From: Amphiscolops sp. MND2022
Taxonomy: Eukaryota
Length of the DNA: 64,000 nt
Assembly: GCA_964187785.1 (NCBI GenBank)
Contig: OZ076409.1
Location: 85,686,001 to 85,750,000, forward strand
Direction: 5' to 3'
Under the pieces are notes generated by a model that saw only the letters and a list, made by a program, of their open reading frames with translations, had not been told where the DNA came from and did not search any database. The position numbers were made by a program, and so were the translations under genes. Within the stretch, counting starts at the first letter, position 1. Each line of letters starts with the position of its first letter. Of the stretch, positions 50,967-63,900 are shown piece by piece.

Positions 50967-51530
50967 TTATAAATGCACAGCGGAAAATACAGTAGCTCGA
51001 CGTTTCCTCATTGTTGATGATATTTTTGCAAATGGGCCCACTTCGATACTGCTGGACGTGATATTTGAGTTATAAATATCCCTTGGCGCGGGTGGAGTTC
51101 TTTGTGCCTCGTTTTTCATTTTGGACTCGATTTTGCTCTTTTGGATTTCATCTGGATTTTTGGGATGAGTGTGGGGTTGATTTTCGAAAAAAAAATCCAT
51201 TTTCAACAGCGGCTGTGCCACAACAACCTTTTTTGTAAGAATTGCATCGCAAGTTGATTTTGCCTTTATACTCGTTGTTTTTGGTGTAAATGTAGCCATT
51301 CGCACAATAGATGAAAGAACCCTTGCGGCTACCTTCAATTTTTTCGAATTCCATTTTGACCTGAAGTACTCGGAAAAACTATTGAAATTTGAATACGTCC
51401 TTTTTCGAACCGGGAATAGTATCTAAATTTTTAGATATTATTCCCGAAAAATGATTTCAGCCATGTCAGTTTTAGATATTATTCCCGAAATCATTTTAGA
51501 TATTATTCCTTGGATATTATTCCGCTCCCC
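50967..51530 (-). mobile_element. Truncated Mutator (MULE)-like fragment: terminal repeat plus FLYWCH-like Zn finger
   Basis: NGYIY..LRC..KGC.G....HTH split by a frameshift at the A-run near 51187-51194. Terminus GGGGAGCGGAATAATATC with four GATATTATTCC subrepeats (51430-51530). Confidence 0.6.
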
Positions 51531-51969
51531 TATAGAAAGCGTTGCATGCAGATATTAAATAATTTTTGAACACTTTAAAATTTTTTGATTTCGAAATAAT
51601 TTTGACAGAAAAATTCTTCCGATCTTATCCTAATACGTGTATTTTCGAAAAGCCTAGTTTTACAGCTCATTTTATTTGAAGTTTTAAAATTATTTGTGAA
51701 TCAAAAGCATATCAGGGGCTTCAGTGAAATCAGGGGTCGATTGAACATAAAATAATTCAAAAAGTGCAAGTCATTCTTCAATGAAGAGGCGCTCTACAAT
51801 ATTGAAATGCAAAACATTTCGTCTAAAGATTTATTCAACAATTAAAATGTATTTTATTTGTTTGAGTCGAAAATTATATCTGTTCAAAAATATATTTTTG
51901 AAAATATTTATTTTTTACAACCCTGCATAGACCCCACTTTTTACTAGGCCTTGGTGGGACATAAAATGT

Positions 51970-52549
51970 TGTGATAATCCTCATCTAGGCTTTCTGCGTT
52001 AGATTCTTCGTCTGAGTGTATAGTCATGTCAACATCAGATTCACTTCGAAATAAAGGTTTCGCAGGATGTTTGAGGTCCTTCATTTTAGAAGCCCTAAGA
52101 GGATAATCGTCGTTTTCAGAATCTGAATTTCCATTATTAGATGCGCGAACTCCTATAGACGGGTCTAACCTGGACCCCGACGGTCGTGGTTCTTGTATTT
52201 CATTTGCTTCAGATCTTGGATTTGTTGTTATTGAAGTGCTTTTATTGCATTTTATCTCTTTCAGAATTGCTTCTAGTTTACTGTCCATTTCTTCTCTCAT
52301 TTTCTCTATCCTTTCTGTATTTTTCCGTTCAACGATCTGAGTCCAAACTTGTATCTCATCACTAATTTGACTGGGTTCTCTTAGTTGGTTTTCAAGGTTC
52401 GGTTCACTTAGATTTTCTTGGACATTTAAATTAGAATTAGTTAAAGTTATATTACCTGTTTCTGAAGAATCAACTCTAGTTTCGCTCACCTCTCTCTCAG
52501 GAGATGGGGTTGCTAGTCTCCTTGATCTTCGACTTCTTTTATTTCCCAT
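51970..52549 (-). other. gag: gag 5' copy inside the 3' LTR of element C
   Basis: MGNKRSRRSRR..., coiled-coil IEKMREEMDSKLEAILKEI. The ORF meets the LTR end at ...EDYH, as in element B. Confidence 0.6.
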
Positions 52550-53608
52550 TTCACTTAGCAGAAAACGAGTTATGTTTGCTGGGGAAGAATTTGAATTATG
52601 TTCTCAGTATGGAAAAATCCAAACTTTGGAAAACAATGAAAACTGATGGTATTTGCAAGAGTCTGGAGAAATTGATACAACTGCACTTCAGGAGGGTTAT
52701 TTCAATTGTGTCTTGCATTTAGGAAATCCCCTCTTCAAAATATAAAAAGAATGACAGTCATTTTTACAAGTATCATGTAGTCCTGGAAAACACGAAAATA
52801 GGATAATGTCAAATTACGTAATTCTATTTATATCGCTCCCACAATAATGCAAATGCGTCTAGTCATCCTTAAAACCCTAGAGAAAATACTGTAAAGTGAT
52901 ATAATAAGCACCCCAAATGCTATTTGATAATGTACAATTGCATGACGTTCAAAACTACACATTTAGTTGAAAACCGCATAACTCCGCATATACTTTGAAC
53001 CCGAATTCGTAGGGTGACGTATAACACACGTGAACGTTTTCCTCACGTCTGGTTAGTAGTGTATATACAGCACAATGCGATACGCACAATATTTTGATCA
53101 AAAACGTATGTTAACGTATATTCGTCACTGCGGGAACCGTATAGTGACGTATACTATGAATGATGGAAAAGCATATTACCGTATACCCTGATAGTTTAAA
53201 AACGTATCTTTATGCATATTCAAAAAACGTATAACACCGCATACTCAAAAATCAGTTCACGCATAATGGTGTATGCTCATAAAGCCATTTTATGTATAAT
53301 GACGCATCCTTGTTAATTGAAAAGTGTCTAATGACGTATGTCCACAGTTCTAATTGTAGCATGATTACGCATAATGTGGAATCAGAAGTCACAGATTGAT
53401 CTTGCTTATAAAGTTTTTAAGCACATGTTACTTTTATGAATGAAATTCTGATGAATTTGACATCACTGAAGGGTTCGGAAAATATCCTAGAATGAAATTC
53501 ATCAATGGAGAGAAACAAATAATCAGCATCATAATATAAAAATACCATCAACATGAGAATTAATCGGAGTTTAAAATGTTTTGTTATCAGGTCTTTCAGG
53601 TGTTCCTT

Positions 53609-54637
53609 TCACTGTTGCACAACGGAACCATCGCACCTCGAGGGATGCGACAGTCCCGCATTTTTGAAAAGGAACAACGCTGCTTCGAAACCATGGATGA
53701 ATGCCCTTGATCGGATTGTCCTTTCCTTGACTGTTTCCCCCTCATATTCCGTTGCAACCAAATATTCGCCTAGTGTCTCTAGCGCGATCTGGTCGTAACA
53801 TTTTCCGCATAGGTCGCAAAAACCGGCAACATTTGGCATTACCGTGGGTATCAGTCTGATACCATGTCTCTCTTGGGCGGGGATTAGCTGGGAGTTCATG
53901 CTGTGAGTCATGTTGAATGGGAATCCCAACTGAATCGCTGGCTGCACTAGTTGTGTCATATGTTGGGTCCCATGGCTCGTTCCACTAAAATTAAGAGGGA
54001 ACAGCATCGGGGATAAATTGAACCCCGTGAAATTTGTTTGTGCCGTTCCTTGTTGTGGAGCTATATCATTTCGTACCTCTTGCTCCATTGGCACACTTGT
54101 CTGTTGTTGCTGGGAATCAGTCAATTCCTGCCTGTAATTTGGCGGATACACAGGGGTAGGACGAGGTAATATACCCTGGTCACTTGAACTTGCTCTTGGA
54201 GTTGGGGGAACCCTTGCTGTGGGGCGACCATAGCTGTTCGTTGTTCTTTCTGGGCCATTGCCCATAGTCCACGGGAATAGGTTCCCCTCTTCAAATTCGC
54301 TATCAATGAACGAACTCGGTGAGTCCGTTGCGTCGTTTTGGGGTACTCCAATTAACTCCATCAGATCCCTCTCTAGTTGGGTTCCTGACGTAATTGTCTC
54401 AGAATTTTGATCCAATGATGCCTCTGCCTCTGGGTACAAAGAAGCTGTCGCTGCGCCCACAAAGGCTGACATGAGATTACTCCCGGTAGTATTTATTCGG
54501 AATCTATCCTCAAGTTGGGCAAAGTCTCCGGGTGCAAGGGAAAACGCATCTTCTGATCCACTTGAAATATCCACCACATCAGGCGATATGGGAGAATAGA
54601 GACAGTCTTCGTCAACGTTGAATTGGAGTTTGTTCAT
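53609..54637 (-). CDS. Sense accessory ORF of element C (342 aa)
   Basis: ATG-initiated ORF, VVDISSGSED motif, C-terminal CDLCGKC. Positionally equivalent to 33539-34408. Confidence 0.55.
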   Translation of the reverse strand: MNKLQFNVDEDCLYSPISPDVVDISSGSEDAFSLAPGDFAQLEDRFRINTTGSNLMSAFVGAATASLYPEAEASLDQNSETITSGTQLERDLMELIGVPQNDATDSPSSFIDSEFEEGNLFPWTMGNGPERTTNSYGRPTARVPPTPRASSSDQGILPRPTPVYPPNYRQELTDSQQQQTSVPMEQEVRNDIAPQQGTAQTNFTGFNLSPMLFPLNFSGTSHGTQHMTQLVQPAIQLGFPFNMTHSMNSQLIPAQERHGIRLIPTVMPNVAGFCDLCGKCYDQIALETLGEYLVATEYEGETVKERTIRSRAFIHGFEAALFLFKNAGLSHPSRCDGSVVQQ

Positions 54638-55624
54638 TTTCCAAAATTACAAGAATGTTATTTGGGGTTTAAGTTTTAAGAAAATTTACTGAGCGACTGA
54701 ATTTCAGTTTTACAAAGATCATATGGTGACTATCTTATCAGTATTTTCTTGACTTCGGTAAAACCCCGCGAAAAAATTGAGCGTCATGGTAGCGTGGGTT
54801 TACCTGAACCTTATATGGGGTAAAGGTGAGAATTACTTCGCATGAAAGGTGTTAGGTTCGAGTTTTCTCCATAAAAGCAAATAAACAAAATAGGTGTGAG
54901 TTCTTCCATATCTTCATAGATCGGTAGCTTCCTTTTGATGTTACTAGTTTCGTTTCAGTTACATTTAAATATAACGTAAACAATTATCATCACCTAAGAA
55001 TTCACAGGGATGAGTGAATTAATTGCCAAATATAATTTTACCTAGCAGCATCAATGAAACTCATATCAGAAAAAAACATATTACATGACTATGCAAATGT
55101 TTCACCAAGTTTGAAATCACATAACTGAACCATAGTATATCAGTTATTGTCTAGCATTTGAGGAATGCACAATCTTCTAAGGTGGGAATGAAGGGTAGGC
55201 CCACACGATTAAGTAGATTGTTAGGAATTTGTTCGTTAGGGTTGATTCATCATATATTACCTCTGTGCGTATTGCTATAGACGCCACCATGCTTTCTCTT
55301 TTCTTCAAAATAAGTAAGGCTGTTTATACGTCAGTACCAGAATCCGCAAACTATCGCCTGTTCGTCATCGTCCAATGTAATTATCGACATGCATTTGTTT
55401 GTTTCAAGTTGACGTCATGCTACATATTTAATTCCAATGATTACGTAACATCCAATTTCCTCTCGTTTTTGATCTGCTTATTAGCACGTGTTTTTCTCTT
55501 AATTTCACATAGTGTCGTATAGACTATTCTCACATTTCCGCATATTGCCGCATGTTTGTAAATTGCGAATACGTATGTTGCCGCATGTCGTCCATTTGTA
55601 AAACCGCGTATTCGCTCATAATTC

Positions 55625-55900
55625 CAATTGCGAATCCGCATACTGTTGTATATTGCTCACCCGTAAATCTGCATAATCACGCGTAATCACAATCGTGAAT
55701 CCTCATGTTACTGTATATTGTTCATCTGTAAATCCGCATAACCACGCATGGTTACAGATGTAAATCCGCATATTGCTGTAACTTGTTCATCTGTAAATCC
55801 GTATAACCACGCATGGTTACAAATGTAAATCCGCATATTGCTGTAACTTGTTCATCTGTAAATCCGTATAACCACGCATGATTACTCATGTGAGTTCGCA
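55625..55900. repeat. Degenerate ~65-bp tandem repeat x ~4
   Basis: CATATTGCTGTAACTTGTTCATCTGTAAATCCG at 55769 and 55834, with decayed copies upstream. Confidence 0.8.
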
Positions 55901-56330
55901 TATCTGCGCTCATTTGATACTATCGTCTCGTAAGTTAACACTTATACGCATACCACAAATCTGTGAATTGCCGCAGGTTTGTTTGTCTTCATTCTTCCGC
56001 GTGATGTAGTAATGTCAATTACGTAATCAGACACTCTGGCAGAAGTGACTGACATATTAATTGACCAATCAGAACGAAGTATTCCATATACTTTGGTACA
56101 AACTTTGTGTACATTTGCTCTTTGCCTTTTGTCCCGTCACGCCTTTCAGTTTTATTATATCAAAGACTTTCCATTGTATTATATATTCATAACATCTTTA
56201 TTTTTCAGTCAGTTTACAGTTTACAGAACTTGTTTCTCACTTCCCATCCCAGGATTCTTCCCAGATAGTTTTCCTTTTATTTGTATACCCATCGCTCGAC
56301 AGTGGTAATTGATTTGGACTCAGTTCATCA

Positions 56331-59300
56331 ATGGAAAGCAGCAGGAGTCGGAAGATCGATCGTGAGGACGTTCCTAGGATGCGGACCAGGTCTTGGGGAC
56401 GCAAATCCCCGGCTACTTCTTCACCCCGTAAGTTCGAATTTGTTTATTAGTTTCAGTTTAGAGTTTCTGTGAGAAAATAGCTGGCCAGGCTAAACCCTCA
56501 AGATTTTCAGATCAATGCATGCTTTTGATCATAATTTGATTTTCGAAAGTTTCTACACTTCCGGTTTCATGTTCATTCGACTTTCGCTTCCGTGTATTTT
56601 CTTTTACAGTTAAATACGGACTTGTTAGACGGTTTAGTCGCATTTGATTTATTACTTTATCGTTGAATAAAGCATATGTTTCAGTCGAACTTGGAGCTAC
56701 AATCAAGTCGCCTACCCAGTCGCCTACAAAGATATATACTCCTCTGCAGGTCGTCTCACCTAGCCATTCTGAACCCTCGATTTATAGTATTCCCCCACCA
56801 GCTGATCTTCCTCTGAACCACGAGAGGGAAGATATTGAACAACTTCTTTCCGGATCAGGCGGCCTAACGACTGACACAACCATGGATGAGGAAACGGTGA
56901 CCCAAACCTCACTTCTTAACCTCATGCAATTAGTTGAACAAGAACAACCACCAGAGGCTCCACTAGCTGATGATGATGACACCCCCAGTGATGCTGCTGA
57001 TCAGGATATAGATGAAAACATCGAGCCTCCAATTTCCGGAACCTTTTCTCCTCGTTATAGCCAATTTTTGACTGCAGAATTACGAGCCGCCATTTCTCAA
57101 CCCAATACGCCCCCCGTAGAACATAGTCAGACACACGATGTCGATCCTATTTCAACTTTACCGCGCCAAATTTTGAGTGAGGGAATTAAGGAGGTACCAA
57201 CCGGGTCTGGACTCAATATTAACATTACGCAAAATGAAGTAGCGATTTTGAGAAATGTTTTGGATCGGATCCCCCAGTCCCTTTTGGTCAGGAGCACAGA
57301 TGAGCCCAATCCGGAATTTTCAGTATCTGTGGTCGCGAACCCTCCTGTACCAGTTTTCAGTCCCACACTTAATCCCGAACCAGGAGTGGGAACAAGTGAA
57401 CGTCCTCTCAGAGATATTACTGAGTATGAGGAAAAAGATTTGTCTGCTAGACCCGCGAAGCGCCCAAGACCACGATACTGTCTCACTGAAGCCATGTTCA
57501 GGAAACATCCTGTTCTGAAATTTTTCGCAACAGGGCCAATAGACCGCGAAAAGACACCATATAAGTGGTGGTGTAGGGTCTGTCGGGTTGAATTGTCCCT
57601 CATGAGCCGCGGCCCACTAGAACTGTTGTCGCATTACAGAACTGAATCACACCTCTTGAAGGAACACCGAATCAGAATGGAGACGCCTGGCCTACCATTA
57701 TATGACAGGAAAGAGGTGGAGTTACAAGGAATTGCTCTACAGGAAGCTAAGCGATCGGCTAAGGACATGCACCCCATCGCCCCACAACGTGACTTATGTC
57801 GATTACTAGTTGGACAAGAAAAACTCCCTGAGCTTAGAAGTGATTCTGCGCCGATTGATGTCGTATTGTCCCAGATACGGGTTCTTGAACTTGGACTCAA
57901 ACACGGGGGCAATGTTGCGAGTTTGGTAGCAATACACGACGAGATACTGCAACACTCAGCCGGAGGAAGTGCAATCCAGACCCTCGATTGGAGTGATTCG
58001 CGAATTTTTGTTAGTATTTATTGCATTTATTATAGAATTATACCTCTGACAGCATGGCATGATTTAATGAGATAAGAGTATCCAGACTCTAATTCCTATT
58101 GACATCACTCAATCATTAGTTCCTGTTTCAGGGGATGTTGGTGTACATGTTTCGCGAGCTTGTCAATTATTGTGTTACCCATATTGGCTCGTCTCAGAAT
58201 TACTCTTTGTCTTTGTATCGGACCCCAACTAAAACTCTGCTCTTCATTAGCTTTTGGTCTGGGAATGTTTACCAGCGAGTCTGTATCGGGGCAGGGCCAA
58301 GAGGAGTGTTAGTTCCAAGAAAACTACTCGACTTGTTATCCTCTTTCATTACCCTCTTTGAAGCGCCGCCAACTTGTGTGACTCTTATTGACATGTGTGA
58401 AAGACTCAATGTAAGCCTTACTGCAACACTACCTGGTAGCTTCCGGCCTAGTACAGTCAACAGTTTTGGACCGAATGAGTTTGAGAAGTGTCTATCACTT
58501 CCTACTGCCAGGATAATAGAGAGGCATGATTTTCGGACCATAATCGATTTTTTGTTGACAAAGTTACGAACTGCCCTTGATCGTGACTGGTTGCAGTCCT
58601 TGCCACTACTACACAAGGTAAGATATTTCCCGTCTCTTCTAGTAGTTGATTGATTTTGTAGTTTCCACATCATAAAAATTTCTTTACAGGCGGTACTCAG
58701 CCTCGAGTATACTCTAGTTGAAGCTTCCTCCCTGATCGAGTGTTTTTCTTCCAACTGGGACAGAATCAGAGATCATCTGACCCAAGTTTCTCGATTGCCG
58801 GCATATCGCTTCCATATGAAAGAAGTACGTAACTCTCGTTGCTGGATTTTACATTTGTAAGACTTTTGTTTTAATTTCGATTTTCGTTCTAGCCCAGCGC
58901 ACTCGACGAATGCTTTCGCCTGGATACGGCTTATCTAGCTCGATTATTTATCATCCGTTGCATCATCGACAATTGTTAGTACAACCTCATCCTTTTCGCT
59001 TCTTCAGTACAATTTCGCTAGTTCCATTCTATTTTTGCTATCATTCAGTTCCATTTTTGTTTCCATCTTTTGAAAGATTTTGGTCTTTAAAACTCGCGGA
59101 AAAACTCCAATTTCTATTTCAACAATAGAATACTCTGTGTTTCTTCTTTATGAGACCATAGAGGATATTTCCACGTGCTTTCAATTATTTCCCCATAATC
59201 ACGCACATGCAGTTTACCATAATCCGTCTAATGACGTATATATGTGCTAATACCCCACGTGCGCTGACACACAGTTCAGATTCGTAATCCGCCTGAGGAC

Positions 59301-60742
59301 GTTCCTACGTCATTCGGGATTTCGCATAGTGACGCATTATCCATACTCAATTTCCGTATGATAGCGCAGTGCTACACGCTTGGTTTCGTGGAGTGACGTA
59401 GTGCTGAGAATCATTTTCTGCATAGTGACGTAGTACATTATACTAAATTCCGCATATTGACGTATTGTTGAGAATCATTTTCCGCATAGTGACGCATATG
59501 CGCCACTGAAGGTTCCGCAGTGTCACATATCTTTAGCTTTAGTTTCCGTATGATGACGTGTAATCTCGATCACTAATTCTGCATCGAAGTGTGTTTCTCA
59601 TTCAAAGGATGATCCATCTTCATGCGATATGTTTTATTTTAGACAACTCCGCGTTTTCCGATTTGCAGAGCCATCTCGACCAAGGATTCAGAATCTTTAA
59701 TCAGTTTTCTGTATTTATATACAGTCAGTTACAGCTGATATTGCCAGATAGTTTTCTCGGGGATATTTCTGAATGGGATTCCTACTTGAAGATTGACCTG
59801 ACACAGACTGATCTTCCTTTCAAGACCCCTGCAGATTTCGTTCTGAACCCGGATTACCACCATTTGATTACTTCCAGCCGTTTACCACGTCCTAGCAAGT
59901 TTGTGGAGCAATCAATGGCGTTCTGCAAATCTTTTTGTGGTGTACTTTTATCCCACAACATTTTGAAATCACCTCTGATTCGTGGTTTATCTTCTTTTGA
60001 TAGCGCTGTCATGTTAGATGGGCCTGAGCGTCATTACATAGCCGCTATAGAAGATCTCACAAGCTATTTTGTATCTTCCAGTTTGATTACTCCTGGGGAC
60101 AAAACCAAATGTGTCAGTCAGTATCGATCATTGGTGACCAAATTCCGTACTGCTAGTGACGTCCCGAGAGGTGATTGGGTTCTATTCCTTGGGGCTCATT
60201 ACGAGATGCAGAGCCGACCGGAGCTTTCTAGTGTGTTTCGGTATGCCAGTCTATGTTTACCGCCAACTGTTACGATGCCAGCTTCCTTCAAGATTTCAAT
60301 CCCAGATCTTGCTTCCGACCAAGAGGTGTTCCAGTCCGTAGTCAGCAGTTTGCAGCTTTCATATGTCACCGTTCCCAACGTTTCTAGTCTTTACCAGGGT
60401 CCTCGATCCGTTTATCGTATATTTCGTTTGTTGGGGCGGGGACGGGAGTTGCTCAGTGACAAAAAGTTTTCCGTTTGGACCTTTTCACGTGGCAGTGTAC
60501 CCAAACGGCTTGCCTTACGAGAAAAAATGGAGACTGCGTATAAAAAGACAGTTTTACATGGTGAAGGATTGCCTATCTTTTTGGATATGTCTTCGCCAAG
60601 TGGTAGTGCTCCTTCTAGTAGCCACAGTTCTCCGCTTCCTGGTCCTTCTCTGGGGCTCGTTTCTGTGAGTGTCGCTCGTTGTGGTGAGGCAGAGGTAAAC
60701 AATGGCAAGACCAAGAAGAAAACCAAGGCTAAGAAGTCTTAA
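56331..60742 (+). CDS. Antisense six-exon accessory gene of element C, ~1074 aa, homolog of 29039-32948
   Basis: Hand-spliced exons 56331-56427, 56685-58009, 58132-58617, 58690-58824, 58893-58974, 59643-60742. All GT-AG, phases 1,0,0,0,1 consistent, 3225 nt open. Motif WWCRVC..LLSHYRTESH. Confidence 0.82.
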
Positions 60743-60938
60743 TCGAATGAGTTTGCTTCACAACTTTTATATTAGTTGACTTTTTTGATGGTTATAAACT
60801 GTGTTCTCTTATGTTTTGTTTGTATTTATTTTATAGTTATGTTGTTTGCTACCACAAAGGTACTGTTTTTGAGGGAAGTTCTGTATTACTCAATTCCCTG
60901 GAAGGAAGTTAGAAACAAAATTTTGTAGAAGTTTGTTT

Positions 60939-63900
60939 TTAGTATCTGTAGGAGTCTGAGTAGTTTGGGTTAGGGTTGGGACGTAAGTTGTATTTTTCAC
61001 CACGAGTATTTATGGGTTCTTCTTGCAATGGAGTTTTTTGTGAGTTTTCTGGGGTATTTTGAATGTCGTTCACTGATGAATTTTCGATATCTTTTTGGGT
61101 TTTTTGGGTAATTTGGGCATCCTCTCCACTTTGTTGTGGACTTTCATTTTCATGATTTTCATTTGGTTCAGTGGTCTGTTCCACTGGGCTCCCCCCACTA
61201 TTTTTTGAAGTTCCGGGGGAGGGAGGGTGGTTATCATCAGGTACCTGGATCGGGATATATTCCGTTTCCTCAGTGTTTTGTGAATGCTCAGCAGGATCGA
61301 CATCAAAAGGGTTTGATCCAAAATTTGTGTTCCATGATTGGGCATATAGGTCGTCATTTGTTATAGGCATTTGATCATCTTTTTGCCAGTCCGTTTCTCG
61401 GACAAAAATGTCTGCTAATGGGGCTTGTGGAGTGAATTTCTGCAGACGAATCCTGTGTAAAAGTTGTGTCTTGTTTGTCCCAAGTCTCCGGACAATATAA
61501 TTATTGTTAGGAAGTACCTTTTCGATTATATAGGGACCGCACCATCTGAATTCTCTGAAGGGTATTTTCGTCGCTTGAGTATCAGCTTTTGGGTTAAGGA
61601 TATAACAGTAGTCCGTCGTTTCAAGTGGAGCTGCTTTGGCTTTCCTATCGTAGTACGCTTTATACCTGAGATAGGATTGCATGATATTTTTCTTGGTTTG
61701 GTCTAGAAGTATTTTCATGCGTTTTTGAATTTCCTCTGCTATGTCAGTTTGCGGTGGGTATCTTGGATTGGGATTATATCCAAGTTTATAGTCAAGAATA
61801 TTATGTGGTATCCGTCCATGGAAAACTCGTGAGGGTTCGCAACCTAGTGACGCATGGTATGTCGTGTTGTGATTAAGGACTGCAAGAGGAAGATATTTAT
61901 GCCAGTTGTTCCTAAATTCGCCTGTCGCGGCTTTTAGGTGTGTTTTTACTGAGGCATGTGTTCTTTCTAGGAGTCCTATTGTTTGTGCATGTTTCATTGT
62001 TGCGTGTTTTAGCTCAATTCCAAGCACTGCAGCGATTTCATGCGTTACTTGTGCATTGAATTGAGTTCCTAAATCTGTTATTATTGTTGTTGGTAGGTAT
62101 GTGTGTTTGCATAATATATCCATTATAACTCTTGCTACTGCTGTTGCATTGATGCGAGTTACAGGATAAGCAAACAAGTATCTCGAAAAGACATCTATTG
62201 CAGTGATAATATGGTCATAGCCTCCGCTGGGGGGGGGGGGGAGGTTTGGTAAGATATCCATTTGTAAGATGTCTTCTGGACCCAGATCCCATTCTGGGCA
62301 ATTGAGGAGTTCTGTCCTCAGGAGATCGTTATTGATGCGTTTTGTTTGGATGCAAATTTGACAGTTATTAACCCATTTCTTGATGTATTTTGCTATACAT
62401 GGGTAGTAGTATTTCTGTCTTGCTTCTTGTATCATTTTTGTGATACCTGGGTGGTTTGAATTATGACAGTGGAGGGCCTGAAGAAATTCATCTAGAAGTT
62501 GAATTGGAAGAAGGATCTGGTAATGAGATATCGCTCCAGTATCTGTATAATATTTCCTAGTGAGTACCTCTTGTTTGATTTCTATTCTTGTTATATTTTG
62601 TAGGTAGTGGTGGTATCTGTAGTCTGATGCCAATTCATTTTCATTGAAGGGATCGCCTTCGATTTTCGCACGTAGGTTTCTGAGGACTATGTCATTATTT
62701 TGTTCGAGTCGTATTCTTGCATTATCTCTGAAGTATCCTGATGATACTGAAACTAGTCCCGATGTGGGTTTGTGGAATTGTTGTAGTTCAGAGACGTCAT
62801 TTTCTGGTTCATTGTGAGTTTCAGTTTGAGCTTGATTTCTCACGTTTTGCTTTTCTTCCCAAAGTTTGTTCTCGTCAAATTCATCGTCGGGAAGGATGTA
62901 GATTTGTTCTTCTTCAACTATGCCAGATGATTGGATATTTACTTCAATTGCTTTTGTATTGATATCATTACGAATAGTCATTTCAAGCCTTTCTGTTGGG
63001 TCTACTTCTGTTCGGGATAGAAAATCTGCTGCTGTGTTCATTGAGCCAGCAACATGAGCGATTACAAAGTTGTACTGCAATACATAATCGCAAGCGTTCC
63101 AGAGTGCTGGAGGGATCATTTTTGTTTGGAAAAATCGAGTTACCGAGCGATTGTCTGTGAACACAATTACTGGGAAAGTACTACCCCACATGAGGTGTCC
63201 AAATTCGACAAACGCGAAATATATGGAGAGAAATTCTTTTGCGTAAATTGACATTTTGGTTTGCGTTGGATTGAACATTTTGGATCCAAATGCTATGGGT
63301 GCATATGTTTTGCGTTTGGATTGTAGTTTTTGTTTCGGGTCGTCCTCTATCATGATTGCATAGCCTGCAGCTGTGAAGCTCGCATCGGACATGACTATGA
63401 GTTGTTTGTGTTTTAGTGGTTGTTTCAGGGCCAATTGGCAAGAATTTCCGAGGAGTTTGTTTAGGTTTGTGAATTCGTCTACCAAATTTGTTGGTACATA
63501 AAACTTGGATGTTTCCTTAAGGAGATTGAAAAATGGGGTTAATCGTTCTGAAAGGCGTGGAATATAGTTTCGGTAATAGTTCAAAAACCCAATATACCTT
63601 TGCAAGGCCTTTTTTGATTTAGGGAAATGGATTTTCGCGAGAAAATCTTTCACTTTGTCAGCTTGTGGGGCGACTCCATCAGGTGTGATTGTGCGACCTA
63701 GGAAGTCAATTTGTTTAACTCCGAAATGGCATTTCGACATGGAGAGTTTTAATCCTGCATTGCGTATGCATTCGAAGACTGTTCTGATGTTTGTACACAA
63801 TTGTTTTGTGTCATTGGCTGCTATGCCTATATCATCGACATATTGGGCACATTGGTCTGCTTTAATTGCTTTGTCCAGGTAGTCTCTCATGAAGCTTGAA

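Noticed and set aside
62229..62241. Poly-G run giving PPPP in integrase
   Set aside because: The frame is preserved. Likely homopolymer slippage or sequencing length error; no functional claim is supportable.
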